A DNA stretch of 64,000 nt from Chrysomallon squamiferum (Eukaryota > Animalia > Mollusca), in contig CM022676.1 in assembly GCA_012295275.1 (NCBI GenBank), positions 6,014,001 through 6,078,000 of the forward strand, in the 5' to 3' direction. Each line of letters opens with the position of its first letter. The stretch's first letter is position 1. This document shows, piece after piece, positions 41,739 to 56,960 of this stretch. A model generated the notes under the pieces. That model ran no database searches. It had not been told where the DNA came from and worked only from the letters and a program-made list of their open reading frames with translations. The position numbers and the translations under genes are program-made.

Positions 41739-44117
41739 TTTTAACGAAAGCATAGCATCCTATCTTTCAAACAATGATACAGACAGCTAGTAATATTTTT
41801 ACATCTGTGATCTAAATAAATTATTACATTAACTGATGTTGAATATATTGAATACTATCTTTTAAATAAAGTATTCTGTTAGATGGTGTTAGATATCATT
41901 TTAGATATGATGTGTTTTGATATTACCTTCTTGAAAAATGAACAAACAAAAATCCACAACAAAAACAACAAAAAAAAACAGCATCAAATATGATGATTAT
42001 ACTTAAACATTTTTTTTTTCTTCACTGTACTTTTACTCTATTTATTCAAACTCTTCAACTTTTAATGAAAAAAAGAAAAAAAAAAGGTATTTTAAAATTG
42101 CAAATACATTGTTGATTGGAAAATAATGAGGTAACTTTTTTTTTCATCCGATCTGTTTCATCATTACAAAACAATTAATGTTTCAGTGCTTGGGACTTTA
42201 TTGGATTACGTTGTCTGGAAAATAGTATTTTGATTAATAATTGGTTTACTTGTCCTATGGGGGGAGTATTAAAGAGACATTAGTACTGCGTCAACTGAAG
42301 TAGGATATTAACATGTTTTTTTACATACATGTATACAGACATACAGACATATACACACACACACACACACACAGACATACACACACATACAGACAGACAG
42401 TACGGTTATTTTTTTATTTTTATTTTTTTTATCAGATTTAGTTTATTTATTTATTTATCTATTATTATTATTATTATTTTTATTTATTATTATTATTATT
42501 TTAGTTTACTTTTTTATCATAAGATTTTTTGTTATTTTTTAAGTTTATTTTTAATCTTTGTTTAAACATTAATTTTTAATAATAATTATTTTGTTTTACT
42601 TATTGGATTATTTTTCAAATTTATATTATTATTATTATTATTATTATTAATATTATTATTATTATTTATACTTTATTTATTTCAGTATATATTAATTTTA
42701 ACTGCTAATACAATATAATAATTATATTCAGTTTAAGTTAATGGGTATACATTGTTTAGAAGACAGTATGCAATAATATTGCCAGATCCCTCTTTTATTT
42801 GTTTGTTTATTTCTTTATTAACCATTCTTAGTTATGTATTTTTAACATTTTTATTTAAATATCTTTCATATTCATTCATTTTTTAACATTTATTTATTTC
42901 ATTATCCATATATTTTATTTTTATTTTTTTTTTTTAATAGAAACTAGAAACTTTTTACCATACGTGAATTTTCACAGGACTGGTCACATAGAAAACCTAT
43001 TTAAAAAATTTTAATAATAATCTGGTGTCAAAGTTCGCATGTATGTCACACATGACACACAGAAACAGCACTACTTTCTACACAACTACTTCTCCCTCGA
43101 GTGCGAACTCGAAGTTCAGTTATTCCACTTACAACCATCATTTGCTGTTAAGAAAATATCATCAGTGTATTGCTGATATTATCTAAACATCAGCTTTTCT
43201 CCAGGGATTAGATAAACCTAGAGTGGACCAACTCTGAATGTCATGTGTCAGATCTTTCATGACCTTTGTCTTTTAGAAAGCAGGATTTTTTTTTTTTTTT
43301 AATTTTCAACAAGTTTGATAGTGTGTGATTTTTTTTAGAGAAATAAACTTTTTGTGTTTTGACGAGTGTTATTTGTGTCTTTATTTATTTTATTTATTTG
43401 TTTAATGTTTGTTTGTTTTCAATTAATTTGTTTAAATAAAAAATAAAAGATGTTTATGTATATTTCAGCAAAAAATAAATAGCATTTATGGTATAATTTT
43501 TCTGACAAAGGAGGTTTCTATTCTGTTTTTTTTTTGTTTTTTTTTTTTCCTTTTCTTTTTTTTTTTTTTGTTATTATTATTACTGTAACATCACCATCAA
43601 TAGGATCATCATCATCATCATCATCATCATCATTTCACTGTTTTAATTAAACACCCAGATTTTCTTAACAACTAATTCTTCTAACAATTTACACAAAAAT
43701 CTTCTGACAAAAACAAAAACATTTCTCCCAACCTTTTATTTTCATAAGATTTTCTTCTTCTTCTTCTTCTTCTTCTTCTTCTTTCTGAAAGTACCTTATG
43801 TCTGGCTAACAACCTGGAGAGGCCAGATGTTTGTTTAACACTAAGAAAATACTGCTCACCTGAAAACATTTCCAGTTTCCTTGGGTGGGGCCACTTACAG
43901 AAAATTGCAAATGGCGTCTCTACCAAATAGCTTTGTGGTTTAACAAATCCCATAAGTATTTTACAAAGTCTTTTTCCATTCTTTGTGGCATTTTGTGTTT
44001 TTTCATTGTTCGTTTTTTACTTTTTTTTTTTTTTCATTTTTTTTATTTCCTTTATTTCCTTTTTTTTTTTTTTTTTCTGTTTTTAGTGACTCCAGATTTT
44101 ATATTATTTATTTCTTG

Positions 44118-44154
<37 letters not shown>

Positions 44155-44647
44155 TGTATTTTTTTATAAAAACAATATCAGTTTGATAAATTGAATTTGT
44201 TAAATTGAATTTGTATTTTTTAAATATAAATTAATTAAAAGTGAAAAATATTTACAGACATGAAGTGAAAATTATACACTGTAAAATAAGAACATTTTTT
44301 TGTTTCATTTTTCTTTCAAAAAACATATTTGAACCTCTGTTAATGTAATTTTGAAGTCCCATTCAAGAAATATCTTTTCCTTTTCTTTTTCTTTCTTCCA
44401 TCATTCCTTTGTTTCTTTCTTTCATTCTGAACATTTCTGTACATCAAATAATTACAGTAATATTTTACCAATTTAAAAACATTTTTCAGATAATTTTCAA
44501 AAATCTGAATTATTTATAATTATTTATTTGCTTTTCTTCAATTCAGTTCCATCTTGTTTTTGGGGTTTTTTTTCTTGTTCTTTCCTTTTATCTTCCTTAT
44601 CATCATCATCATTATATTATCATTTTTATCATTAATCATTATTATCA

Positions 44648-44698
<51 letters not shown>

Positions 44699-45244
44699 AA
44701 TTAACCACCATTCTTCAATGCACAACCAAACAGCCGAGGACATAAATAAAACAGAATCTATTCAATCTTTCCTTATTGTCCTTTTTAATATTTCCTCTTT
44801 TTTTTATAAATAATTTATACATTTCCTTGAGCCCACAGGTAAAAAATGACACCTGTACTAAATAGCCTTCCTCAACAGGTGTGTTTTGATAAAAAAAAAA
44901 AAAAAAAAAAAAAAATAGCAGAATCAAAATCATTTACAAAGACTGTTTACCTAAGACATAATAATGAAAAAGAATTTTAAAAATAAAATAAAATAAAATT
45001 AACCACATATATAATTTACGTACTGATTTGAAACATTTTTGATATCAGTTGAAACAAAACTTAAATACTTTTAAAGCTTGTTTCAAAATCCAGATGACTC
45101 CAAGGTTATTTCGTGCAGAAGTTTGCCCACAACTTGCGTGCATGAACTGTTTTCTGTTACCTAAGCCAAAACCTGTCAAGGTAAAATAATTTTTTTAATG
45201 ACTGTTTGAGAGACCAAACCATTAAATGGGACACTTGAACCAGG

Positions 45245-45445
45245 TAGCAACAAGATATCTTTTTTATGCACCTTCCCATAGACAGGAAAAAAAAAAAAAA
45301 AGAAGAGTGAAGTAATGATACACTCAATATATTTTTTTAATTGTAAAGACACAGAAGCACACACCATTTACTTTAATGAACCAGTCCCAGAGCACTGGTT
45401 GGAATTTGAAATATTCTAACAAGCACATAGAAAAGGCACGATCAC
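45245..45445 (-). mobile_element. Degenerate SINE-like fragment interrupted by a ~70 bp A-rich insertion
   Basis: Minus strand reads TTCCAACCAGTGCTCTGGGACTGGTTCATTAAAG...[insert about 45287-45355]...CCTGTCTATGGGAAGGTGCATAAAAAAGATATCTTGTTGCTA, collinear with the copy at 16645-16870. Confidence 0.6.
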
Positions 45446-45542
45446 AATATATATATATATATATTGACTCTAATGTAATATGGTTACCAGAGATTGGATC
45501 CTGGACTCTTAAGAATAATGGTTTATGACTGGATCAGCCTAG

Positions 45543-45638
45543 AGATCCAGTTCTCTTTGGAGCAGAGTTCTAAAGTGAATTGATCCAGGGATCCAGTTTT
45601 CTTTGGAACAGAGCTCTAAAGTGAATGGATCCAGGGAT
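45543..45638. repeat. Two-copy ~46 bp tandem duplication
   Basis: GATCCAGTTYTCTTTGGARCAGAGYTCTAAAGTGAATKGATCCAGG occurs twice. Confidence 0.85.
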
Positions 45639-46144
45639 GGATGCGTGGCTCTGCGTGGGAGAAAGTTCTCTAAACCACTGATTCACAGCCTGTTGTTGAT
45701 ATATTATTGAACAGAATTCCGGTATCTCACGTATCTACAACAATACACATTGTATGTCGCCTGTGGCTTAAACAAGTAGTATTCCTGCCCCTTGCTGACA
45801 CTGTTTGTTTGTGTTTGCCACAACAAAGCTGACCTAAGATAACAGATCACTTTTCACTGGTCAGGTTTTGATGACCATACCAACTACTGTTTGTTTTTTC
45901 ATTGTAGTATGGGTTTTTTGGATAGTAGTATTTTTAACGTTTTTTCAGTATGGCTGAACATGATGATGAAACCATGTTACAGGCTTGTATATTTTGGAGG
46001 GAAATTAAAAAAATTATTAGGGGTGGGGTGTTTTTGTTGTGGTTTTTTTTTTTTTGGTAATGTAGGCAGTTGTATTTTGTTCAAGTTTTTGTTGTTTATA
46101 TTTGATTATGATAAACCTGTTTTTTGTGTTATTTTTTAAATATT

Positions 46145-46295
46145 TATTTTGTTTTTTGTTTTGTTTTGTTTTGTTTTGTTTTGTTTTATTTTATTTTATT
46201 TTATTCTATTTTATTTTATTTATTTATTTATTATATTTTATTTATTTTATTTTATTATATTTTATTTATTTTATTTTATTTTATTTTATTTTATT

Positions 46296-46325
<30 letters not shown>
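46145..46325. repeat. (TTTTG)n/(TTTTA)n/(TTTA)n microsatellite
   Basis: Read directly. Confidence 0.97.
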
Positions 46326-46326
<1 letters not shown>

Positions 46327-46587
46327 TCTTGTCTGGTTTTTAGATAGTAGTATTTAAAATACTTTTCAATATGGCAGCTGAATCTCATGAGAAAAACATA
46401 TATACAAATCTTGTAATGTAAATAATAATAATAATGATGTATTTCAGAAATTTTTATCATGAAGAAAGAAAAACAAATCACATAAAATATTACAATTTAA
46501 TATAGATTTTATTATAAATGTAATTAAGGGTGGTAATACCATGTTATGTGTGTGTGTATGTGTATATGTGTCTGTGTGTGTGTGTGT

Positions 46588-46632
<45 letters not shown>

Positions 46633-47187
46633 CTTATGTGTCTGTGGGAATCTTTACATATATGAATGTATATGTTGTGTGTGTGTGTATTTATGTATCA
46701 CCTATCTATCTGTCTGTCTGTCTGTCTGTGTGTTTCACAAGGTACAAAAGTATGTGTGTCAGTATGTACATCTGTCTGGTTTCTTCCATGGCATATATAT
46801 TCAAAATCTTTATGTCTCTCGTACTTTTCACCTTCGAGTTTAACTACCTTTCAGGCATGAAATAACTTTAAAAAGTCATTAATTTTATTTTACTTTATAT
46901 CTTTTTGGTCAGGTATTTATAGAGCAAGTCTTGATAAATTGCAAGACTATTTTACTTAGACTGGATTCTGATGATTTTTTGATGTTTTGTCCCATCTGGT
47001 ATCCATTATAGACACTTTTAATACTATCTTCTTCAAAACTGTTACTGCTTTTTAATTAAAATAGATTTCTTCCTCTGAAATCTGTTCCTACCCCTAAACC
47101 CTCACCTGAAAAGTTTTTTTTTTTTTTTTTTTTTTTTTTTATTGTAGAGTTGTTTGTTAGTTTTAGGGGTTTTTTGTTTTTGTTTAA

Positions 47188-47239
<52 letters not shown>

Positions 47240-47605
47240 TATTATTATTATTATTGATTATTTATTATTTATTAGTTGTATTAAAGATTATTTATTCATT
47301 TATTTATTGTTTTGTACTAATTATATTTTGTTTTGTAAAAAAAAAAATGTTTGTACTATTTATTCTTCTCATTTTTGAATATTTATTTTATTTCATTTTC
47401 ATTACATTTCATTTTAATGGGTGGGATTTATTTTGTGTGTGTGTTTCTTTTTTTTTTTTAAATTCTATTTCATTTCAATTTATATTCTTCATCTTATATA
47501 AGTTATACCTTTTTACTATCAGAGCAGTCAAATTCAGTTCTATTATATTTCAGATTTTATTCTTCATTTTATATGTTTTAACTCTTTATTACCAGCACAG
47601 CCAAA

Positions 47606-47705
47606 AATAACACATTTTACTTTTTTTCTTTCTTTCAGGTAAGTTCCTAAGAGATAAATAAAATCTGGTTTGTAAAGAAATAATTTTGAAGAAAGTGAGG
47701 TAAGA
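47606..47705 (+). other. Candidate recursive splice site (ratchet point) 2 with cryptic RS-exon 47639-47699
   Basis: Branch-like AATAAC 47606-47611, pyrimidine tract 47615-47635, CAG 47636-47638 followed by GTAAGT 47639-47644. Second donor GAG|GTAAGA at 47699/47700, and another AAG|GTAAAG at 47728/47729. Stops in all three frames. Confidence 0.6.
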
Positions 47706-47749
47706 TTAGATATAAGTCCTTCAGAAAGGTAAAGAAATACATTCCAGTG

Positions 47750-48232
47750 AAAATATTAATGCTTTCTTCTAAACAAAGGCATTGCCTAGGTTTTGGTGAA
47801 AACGCATTAATACTGTGTTCTAAAAAAATATTACGTATGTATGTGAGAATATGTTAATGTTATATTTTAAACAAAGTAGTACAAAGTCTTATTTGAGAAT
47901 ATTATTACTGTATTCTAAACAAAGTATTACTTAGATTAGTGTAAAAATAAATTATTAATACTATGTTCTAAAAAGTATTACATAGGTATGTGGAAGGGGA
48001 AAATATATTAATGTTATATTTTTAAACAAAGTAGTACAAAGGTTTGTTTGAAAATATTATAGTATTCTAAACAAAGTATTACTTAGGTTAGTTTGAAAAA
48101 AAATATATATATATTAATACTATGTTCCAAAAAGTATTACATAGGTATGTGAGAATATATTAATGTTATATTTTAAACAAAGTAGAACAAAAGGCTTGTT
48201 TGAAAATATTAATACAATATTCTAAACAACTT
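47750..48232. repeat. Degenerate ~40 bp array with higher-order periodicity
   Basis: ATATTAAT...TTCTAAACAAAGTA and TTAATGTTATATTTTAAACAAAGTAG recur. It starts immediately downstream of RS site 2. Confidence 0.8.
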
Positions 48233-48714
48233 TTGTTAAAAACAAAAATAAATAGTTTAGTTTTGGAGGTTTTATTTTTATTATTAAAGCATTTATTATT
48301 TAATTAAGCAAAAAAAAAAAAAAAAAAAAAAAAAAGAAGAAACTGTAAAATTAAATTACAAAAATTCACAAAGGTATAAAAAAGAAAACCAGTAATTCAG
48401 AAATAAAGCTCTAACAAGATCGGACATATGTTGTATATTAAAAGTGAAAAAAAAGAAAAAGAAGAGAAATGCTTGAGTAATTGGATAACACATTAAATAC
48501 CAACCATATGTTGAGAATAATTTGTTTTCCTTCCCACCAAACATTAGATGAAGAATTGTTTCCAAGCAACTAGGATTTGTTTTTCAAACAGAATTCACAA
48601 GCATGATAATGTTTGGCAATTCGGCAAAGTAAACTAAAGTAATATTAAAAAAAAAAAAAAAAATTAAAAAAAAAAATTAAAAAAAAATTCTGTTTCTTCC
48701 TTCTAAATCTTGCA

Positions 48715-49125
48715 AGTGCCATCTGTCAGGTTTTAGGAAATGAGCTGGAAAGGTAGATCGGAAATATTCTAACTCCTACCCTAGAGATTTCAGACTGGTA
48801 TGCGCGGCCATCAGCGTGAATTACCTGCCCTTTGATCTCTCTCGAGAACTGAAGATCTGCGGTTTAAACGAAATTAAGCGCGTTCTCGGTCTTTAGGGAG
48901 GAGTTACAGGACGCATTAGGCGTTTACAGATAATGTTTCCGGAATGGGCAAAAAGGTGTAAAACAGGGGTTACCTGGAATCCAGCACGTGAAGCCGCATT
49001 AAACTCGACTTGTAAACGCCATAAAAATGTGTGCTGTAAAGACTCCAGGAGGAGAGTTTCAGATAAGGGAGATAACTCTAATCAGTTTGCAGTTATAGCG
49101 CTGTAGATAGGCCAGCATGGAGTGA
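48715..49125. promoter_or_regulatory. CpG-containing island with a TCF/LEF site and AAGGGAGATAACT motif
   Basis: CCTTTGATCT 48829-48838 and AAGGGAGATAACTC 49065-49078. Confidence 0.4.
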
Positions 49126-49353
49126 TGATGATAAAAAAAAACAGTTTTTTTTTATTAATTTCTCAACACTGTTTCTGATTCAGGCTCTTTTTTTTTTTTT
49201 TTTTGATAACAGGAAAATGGTTGAGAAATAAAATAAAAATTTTGTCTGAGGGTCTCATATCACATTTTTTATTTTGCTAGAAATCTATCTCTATAGGACA
49301 CTGTATTTTTATTAATTTTGTTTCTTTTTTCATATGTCTGTGATAATGTCTGT

Positions 49354-49389
<36 letters not shown>

Positions 49390-49542
49390 ACATACGTTTT
49401 TTTTCTTACTTTTCACATTGTCTGTGTTTACATGGATCTGTTCATAATCTGTATGTAAATAATAAACATGATATTATACATAAATAAAAATTATTGAAAA
49501 AAAATATAAATAAGAAAAATTATTGAAGAATATATATATATG

Positions 49543-49574
<32 letters not shown>

Positions 49575-50360
49575 TGTGGTTAAATATTTAAAAAAATGAT
49601 AATGAAAAGTAATTATAAATAATAATTATTAAACAATAATAATAATAATAAAATAAATAAAATAAATAAATAACATGCTGAATATTCTTCAATACAATAC
49701 ACACACCGATAAATTGATTTATTACTAAATAAATAAAAACAAAACCATCAGTTCACAAAGACACTAATTTTTCATTTTTCCAATGTTCAAAAGGGAAGGG
49801 GGAACAGACATTTGTTACCTGCAGTTAACAGACCTGTGTCTGTCACCTGTCAGGTAATAGAAACTGCCATTCACCTTTCTTCTCTCTTCATGTTCTCTTT
49901 CTCTTTATCAAAAAAAAAAAAAAAAAAAAAAAAAGAAAAACAAATGGATCATTATTTCAATTATTAACAGTTAGCTCCTCGTTATAAAAATCCCAATTGA
50001 CAAACCCCCATCAACACATGGCCAGTGAAGAGACAGACAGAGAGAGACAAGAGAGACATTATTCAGAAATGCTAACCCCGCCCTTTTCATCCCCTTGACC
50101 CCTGACCCCTGACCCCCACCTCAGGTCGGGTTGTTAAAAGGGCTCGATTTTCTCCGAGTTTATTACCCATTGTGAAGATAACAATGCCTCCTATTTGTCA
50201 CCAGTTTGTTTGAGAATTATCTGCCCCGTGATGAACGAACACAAGAGGGCAGCACTGATTGGCGCACCCCCTCTCCCTGTGAGGAAGGCTGAAAAGGGAC
50301 GACAGATGGTGCTGTTGTATCATTGTCCCGGTTTTCTGCGCCTAAGATCAAAGGAGCTTG

Positions 50361-50419
50361 TGCCGAATTCGTTTCAAGTACCGAATTGCCGAATTTGTTT
50401 CAAGTACCGAATTGCCGAA
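50361..50419. repeat. 26 bp tandem duplication inside a GC-richer island
   Basis: TGCCGAATTYGTTTCAAGTACCGAAT twice, then TGCCGAA. Confidence 0.9.
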
Positions 50420-50763
50420 ATTACATTTTGTTTTTCAAGTGGTGCATTGTACTTGTTGTTATTGTTTAGGTTTAAATGTGGAAAGAGTTATTGATTTTGA
50501 AATAAAGAGTTGTTTTGAGTATTCGTGGTTGAGTAATGAGTAACTGAGTTTTGCTGTGAGTAAATATAAATTTGTAACATGTTTATGAAACTGTTTTATT
50601 TTATACGTTTTGCTGAAGTTTTCGAAATTTTTCAAAATCTTTTTTCACCTTTTCATTTCCTAAAATGCCATCTTCAGTTCTTTGTTATTATATATGAATA
50701 AAATTTATTATTTTCTTTTGCAAAAACAGTAAACATTTGAAGAATAAGTATATGACAGTATAT

Positions 50764-50797
<34 letters not shown>

Positions 50798-51316
50798 TTT
50801 GAATGTGTAGTAATAGTAATAATAATAATAATAATAATAGTAATAATAATATTAAAAGGATTAATATTTTTTTTACTAACAATTCCTCATTTTATTTATT
50901 TTTTTTTTTTTTCTATTTTTTTAAAAACATAAAATTAATGAACTGCTACTACTACAACTACATTTCACCTTCGTCATCACCTTCGTCATTGACTGGTTTC
51001 ACACATGTGTTTGGCAAACTGCTTGTCCGGTTGGGCTGCTTTGATAAATGGTCAGTCTACTTTGCTCCATTACACTTTTCTTCTTTTTTTTTTTTTTTTT
51101 CCCGGTCTTGAAAGTGATCTTGATGAGAGAACCAGTTGTCTCTCCGCTCTCAGCTGACAGAAATGTCTGACAAATGGCTACTACAGCACCGGTCTTTAGC
51201 ACCCGTGTCAAGAATGGGAAATAAATCAAATTCCAAGATGGCCGAAATAGGTCCCCCCGTTTCCCCCCCCCAGTACCCATTATAAAGGTCACTTCAAGAA
51301 GGAATTTTAATTTTTT

Positions 51317-51359
<43 letters not shown>

Positions 51360-52539
51360 TAGGCTGTTAAATCAATGATAAATCACAAAAGGACTAATAA
51401 TAAATAATTTTTCTTACTGTATCCATAGCAACGGAAAGATTTTTTTAAAACAGAATGGAGGAATTTTTTGGATGTTAAATCAATGTTAAAATTCCAAAAG
51501 GACAATAATAGGTTATTATTCTTGTGGTATATATATATATATCCTTAAAGACATAAAATTTTCTAAGAATGACTCTGTGAAATGGAAGATTCCTGTCAGT
51601 TGAATTATGGTAAATTCTGACTTGACCATGAAACAGAATTGCTCTTTTAGTACCCACAGCATTGGAATATCTTCAAGAAAGAAAGGAAGGAATTTTAGGA
51701 TGTTAATTCTGGTAAATTCCAAGATGACCCTTAATAAAGTTAATTGTCCTCACAGTAGTATTCACAGCAGTAGAATATTTTCAAAGAGGAAAGGAGGGGT
51801 TTGTTGTTGCTGTTAAATCAGTGACAAATTCTTAAAAGAAAAAAAAATGAAGTGAATTAATATATCAGTTGTATCCATGACATTAATTTTATTTTAAAAA
51901 AATTATATTTTATAAATTTTACAAAAAACAGTTTTCTGAGAGGAGATTGTTTTGGTTTTAAAATTACTCACCTTGGAATTTTAATTTTATTATATCTTCA
52001 AGCTAAAAACAAAGTAATAAAAATTAAAAAAAACAAAAAACAAACAAAAACCATGCCTTAAAACCTTCTTTTCATGATTATATCACCTTAGAATTTAGCA
52101 AAAATATATTCCAATAATGACATAGCTTCAAAACTCTCCTTAAAACACATCATCATCATCATCATCATAAGGGAATTTTAATCAGGTGATATTTTTCTAA
52201 TTAACACATCTTTAATAAAGTGTTCAATTACAAAAATACGCAATTACTGCAGGAGTGAACACCTTAAAACCTAGCTGTTTCAATCATCAGACTGATGATG
52301 ATGATCTCTCGAAAGCAGAAGAATCATTCATCATTCATTCCACGTTGATGAGAGGTAAAAACGGAGAGTGGCCTTTGAGAAAATAGTCTCATCAACGTAA
52401 TTTAGTGAGGTAATATTTTCCAGTCAACTTGTCTTTATTAAGTGCAAAGGGGCTGCAGCACTGGGTTAATTGTTCATGGTTTACAGCCCGACATTTTCCC
52501 ATCAGCTGCTTCTGAGTAAATTGTTCATTATCTATCTTT

Positions 52540-52554
52540 GTTCTCTCTCTTTCT

Positions 52555-52585
<31 letters not shown>

Positions 52586-52735
52586 AATATTTCTCTCTCT
52601 CTCTCTCTCTCTCATTCTCTCTCTCTCTCATATGTCTTATTCTGTCCATACATTTTTCTCTTTCTCTGTATTTGTCTCTTGCTTTATTAAACTGTCATGT
52701 AACATCTCTACACCTTTCTGTTCATTTATCTTTTG

Positions 52736-52822
<87 letters not shown>

Positions 52823-52967
52823 CTGGTTCTTTCTCCCTCTGTGTTTCTCTCTGTTGCTCTGAATCTCTCTGTCTCTGTCTCTTTCTGTCTGTCTGAATCT
52901 CTCTGTCTCTGTCTCTTTCTTTCTCACTCTCTCTGTTTCTCTCTCTCTTTGTTTCTTGTTCTCTCTT

Positions 52968-53038
<71 letters not shown>

Positions 53039-53090
53039 GTCTTTTTCTCCTTATCTCTATCTGTTTTATCTCTCTCTCACTCTCTCTCAA
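52540..53090. repeat. (CT)n-rich block
   Basis: Read directly. Confidence 0.97.
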
Positions 53091-53399
53091 TCTGTATACC
53101 TACCTATATAACCTCACATACACACACACACAAACATCTCATTTTTCCCTCATCTCCTCAGTCTGTCCTGTCAACAGAGTTATTAAGCGAAGACAATAAG
53201 GAGACAAAGAGCATTAACTTGTTCATTAAACGCCAGTCTACCCCTCTGATGTTTTACCAATCACTCGCAGCAGATCTTAACTCTCCTCTCTTCAAAGTAT
53301 TGTGTCTCGGGCTAGCGATTTCACAGCCAGTGACCCCAGGACACGGTTTTTTTTTAATGCCCCTACTTGAAACCATTTAACTGCCTGCACCGAAACATC

Positions 53400-53690
53400 A
53401 GGCCACCAAGGGAGACAACTGTGCTAACAACACCACATCAAAGAGGCCAAGGGAGAGAACCATTATAACGACACTACCATCAAAGTGGCCAGGGGAGAGA
53501 ATCATTATGATGACACTACCGTGAATGAATGACCAAGGGAGAGAATCATTATGATGACACTACCATCAAAGTGACCAAGGGAGGGAATCATTACGATGAC
53601 ACTGATATCAAAGGAACCCAGGGAGAAAAGTCTGCTGATGACCTCTACATCAAAGACACTAAGGGAGTTAATCTTGCTGAGGACATCCAT
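53400..53690. repeat. Degenerate ~42 bp tandem repeat, ~7 copies
   Basis: CCAAGGGAGAGAATCATTATGATGACACTACCATCAAAGTG variants. It produces the repetitive 61-aa ORF 53529-53714. Confidence 0.85.
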
Positions 53691-54633
53691 ACTAATGGAA
53701 ATAATTTACGCTAGACATTCTTACACACAAACAGACTGTGTCACTTGATAATGGCTGTCGACGGTCCATTTAAACATGTCCATTTGTCCTTCTGTTCTCT
53801 TTAGCAGAACACCTGTTAGAACATTTTAACTTGATTCATAAAGAAATGTTACAGAGTGGGAGCTAAAGGTAGATTGGGGAAAAGAGGGAGGGAGGGAGGG
53901 GGAGAGAGAGAGATGGTGGGTAATAGACCATGCAAATTGTACTACTACTGTTATTTATTTGTTTGTTTGTTTCTTTATTTTATTTTATTTTTATTTTTAT
54001 TTTTTTGAAATTTTATTATGTTTTATTTACTTATATATGACAGTTCTTGAAAATTTTATTATCCATTTCTTCGTTTTAACTGTTATATCTTTGCTTTTCA
54101 TAAACTCTTTGTCTCTGCCCATCTTTATAATTCATCTTTTCTGTTCTCTTCACCTTTTTTTTTTTTTTTTTTATTTTTTTTATAATCTTTTATTTTCTGC
54201 TTTCAAAACTAACATTTTACCATTTATGTCATTATCAAAAACTTCACCAACAGTTCACAAACAAGAACATTATTGTATTTTCAATCGATGACATCTATTT
54301 CATTTTACGACCAAAATATTTCAAAACACACATCAAAGAATCTCTAATCTACTCTGCATGTCACCTTCTGGTTTTTTACTGCCAAAAAAAAAAAAAAAAC
54401 AGTTATTTTTGTTTCTAGAAAGTTGTATTAAATTTCAGATTTTCTTTACAAATATTATTCAGCCACATTTTGCAGCAAATGTTGCAGTTGTGGACAGGGA
54501 AAGAGATTAGGGAACTTTTTTTTTTTTTTTTTTTTCTTTTTTTAAATAATCTTTCTTTTTAGTCACCTGTTGACAGAAATTTTATGTTATTCTTTGTTTT
54601 ATGGCTTTTTTGTTGCTAGGGTTTTTTTTTTTG

Positions 54634-54664
<31 letters not shown>

Positions 54665-55859
54665 CATTATTTTATTTATTTTTGATTTTGTTCTTTGGTT
54701 TCGTTTATTTTTGTTTTGTGTTTTTTTTTGTAATAAATTATCCAAATGTTTATGAATTGTGCATTTCATATTTGCATACATACAAACACACACACACACA
54801 CATACACATACAGACACAGACACACATATACAAACATACAAACATATAAACACATGAAGCTACATACTTATATACATGTATCTATCTATCTAACTATATG
54901 TATGTGTGCATGTGTGTGTGTGTGTGTGTGTGTGTGTTCATAAGCTGACATACATGTACACAGACACACCTACAGACATACATACAAAATGCACCCAAAC
55001 ACACATAACAAATATGCAACTGAATACCATATAATTCAGCTGGTTACAAAATCCTACTTCTATATTTAATTCACTCACCATGGACCACCATGTCTACACA
55101 ATAACTGACTAAATTATTTACATCAGTAAAACCAACCATTCATCACAAAGCACCACAAAGCACCCAGCCCAGCCTGATGATTCACAGTATTTCTTTATCT
55201 CTTTATTTATCATTGGTGCTGAAAACAAACATCTCCCTCGACTCCTTTCTGTTGAAATGTTCAAGTTCCCTGGCTGCTTCATCGTGGTTGTTGTTGTTGT
55301 TGTCTGAATTTCTTGTACCCATCGCTTCTTGTCTTGTCTGTCTCAGTGATGACAACTGAGATGGTGGGGCCATTTTCGTTTTTCAACCTTCCTGCAAAAA
55401 AGATCAATTTCCTGTCAAGGGACGTCACTCCGGGCTGCGTTTCTGTGTCTGTAATGAAAGAATCTTGTATTTGTGAAAACAGATTCCTGTGTGTGTGTTG
55501 ACAAGGGGGGTATTAATCATCTGGGTGGGGTCATAACGTTGCCACAAGTATTTATTTTTTTTTATTTTTTTTTTTTTTTTTTTTTTTTTCTGATAACAGC
55601 TTTTCCTTTTGGATGACCTGGGCAAAGTAATTGACATCAGAAATAATTGTTATTTGTTTTTTGTTTCTGTTTAATCTTCTCATTGATGTTTTGTGTTGTT
55701 GTGTATATATGTGTGTAAGTTTTTTTTAACTTGAAAGATTTTATATTTTGATACAGAGGTTGTGAGGTCAAATCACAGTGTTGGTTTTTGAATGCATTTT
55801 TTTTTGTTATGACTTTTTTTTTTTTTTATTTTTTTTTTTTTTTTTTTATTTTCTCTTTC

Positions 55860-56960
<1,101 letters not shown>

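Noticed and set aside
46880-46920. TTTTTGGTCAG|GTATTT as a third plus-strand ratchet point (also TTTCAG|GTTTAT at 27780/27781)
   Set aside because: Weak donors and imperfect acceptors; expected by chance in T-rich DNA.
50441-50460. GTGCATTGTA matching the 5' end of miR-33
   Set aside because: The match stops after 10 nt and there is no hairpin partner. I recognised no other conserved miRNA.
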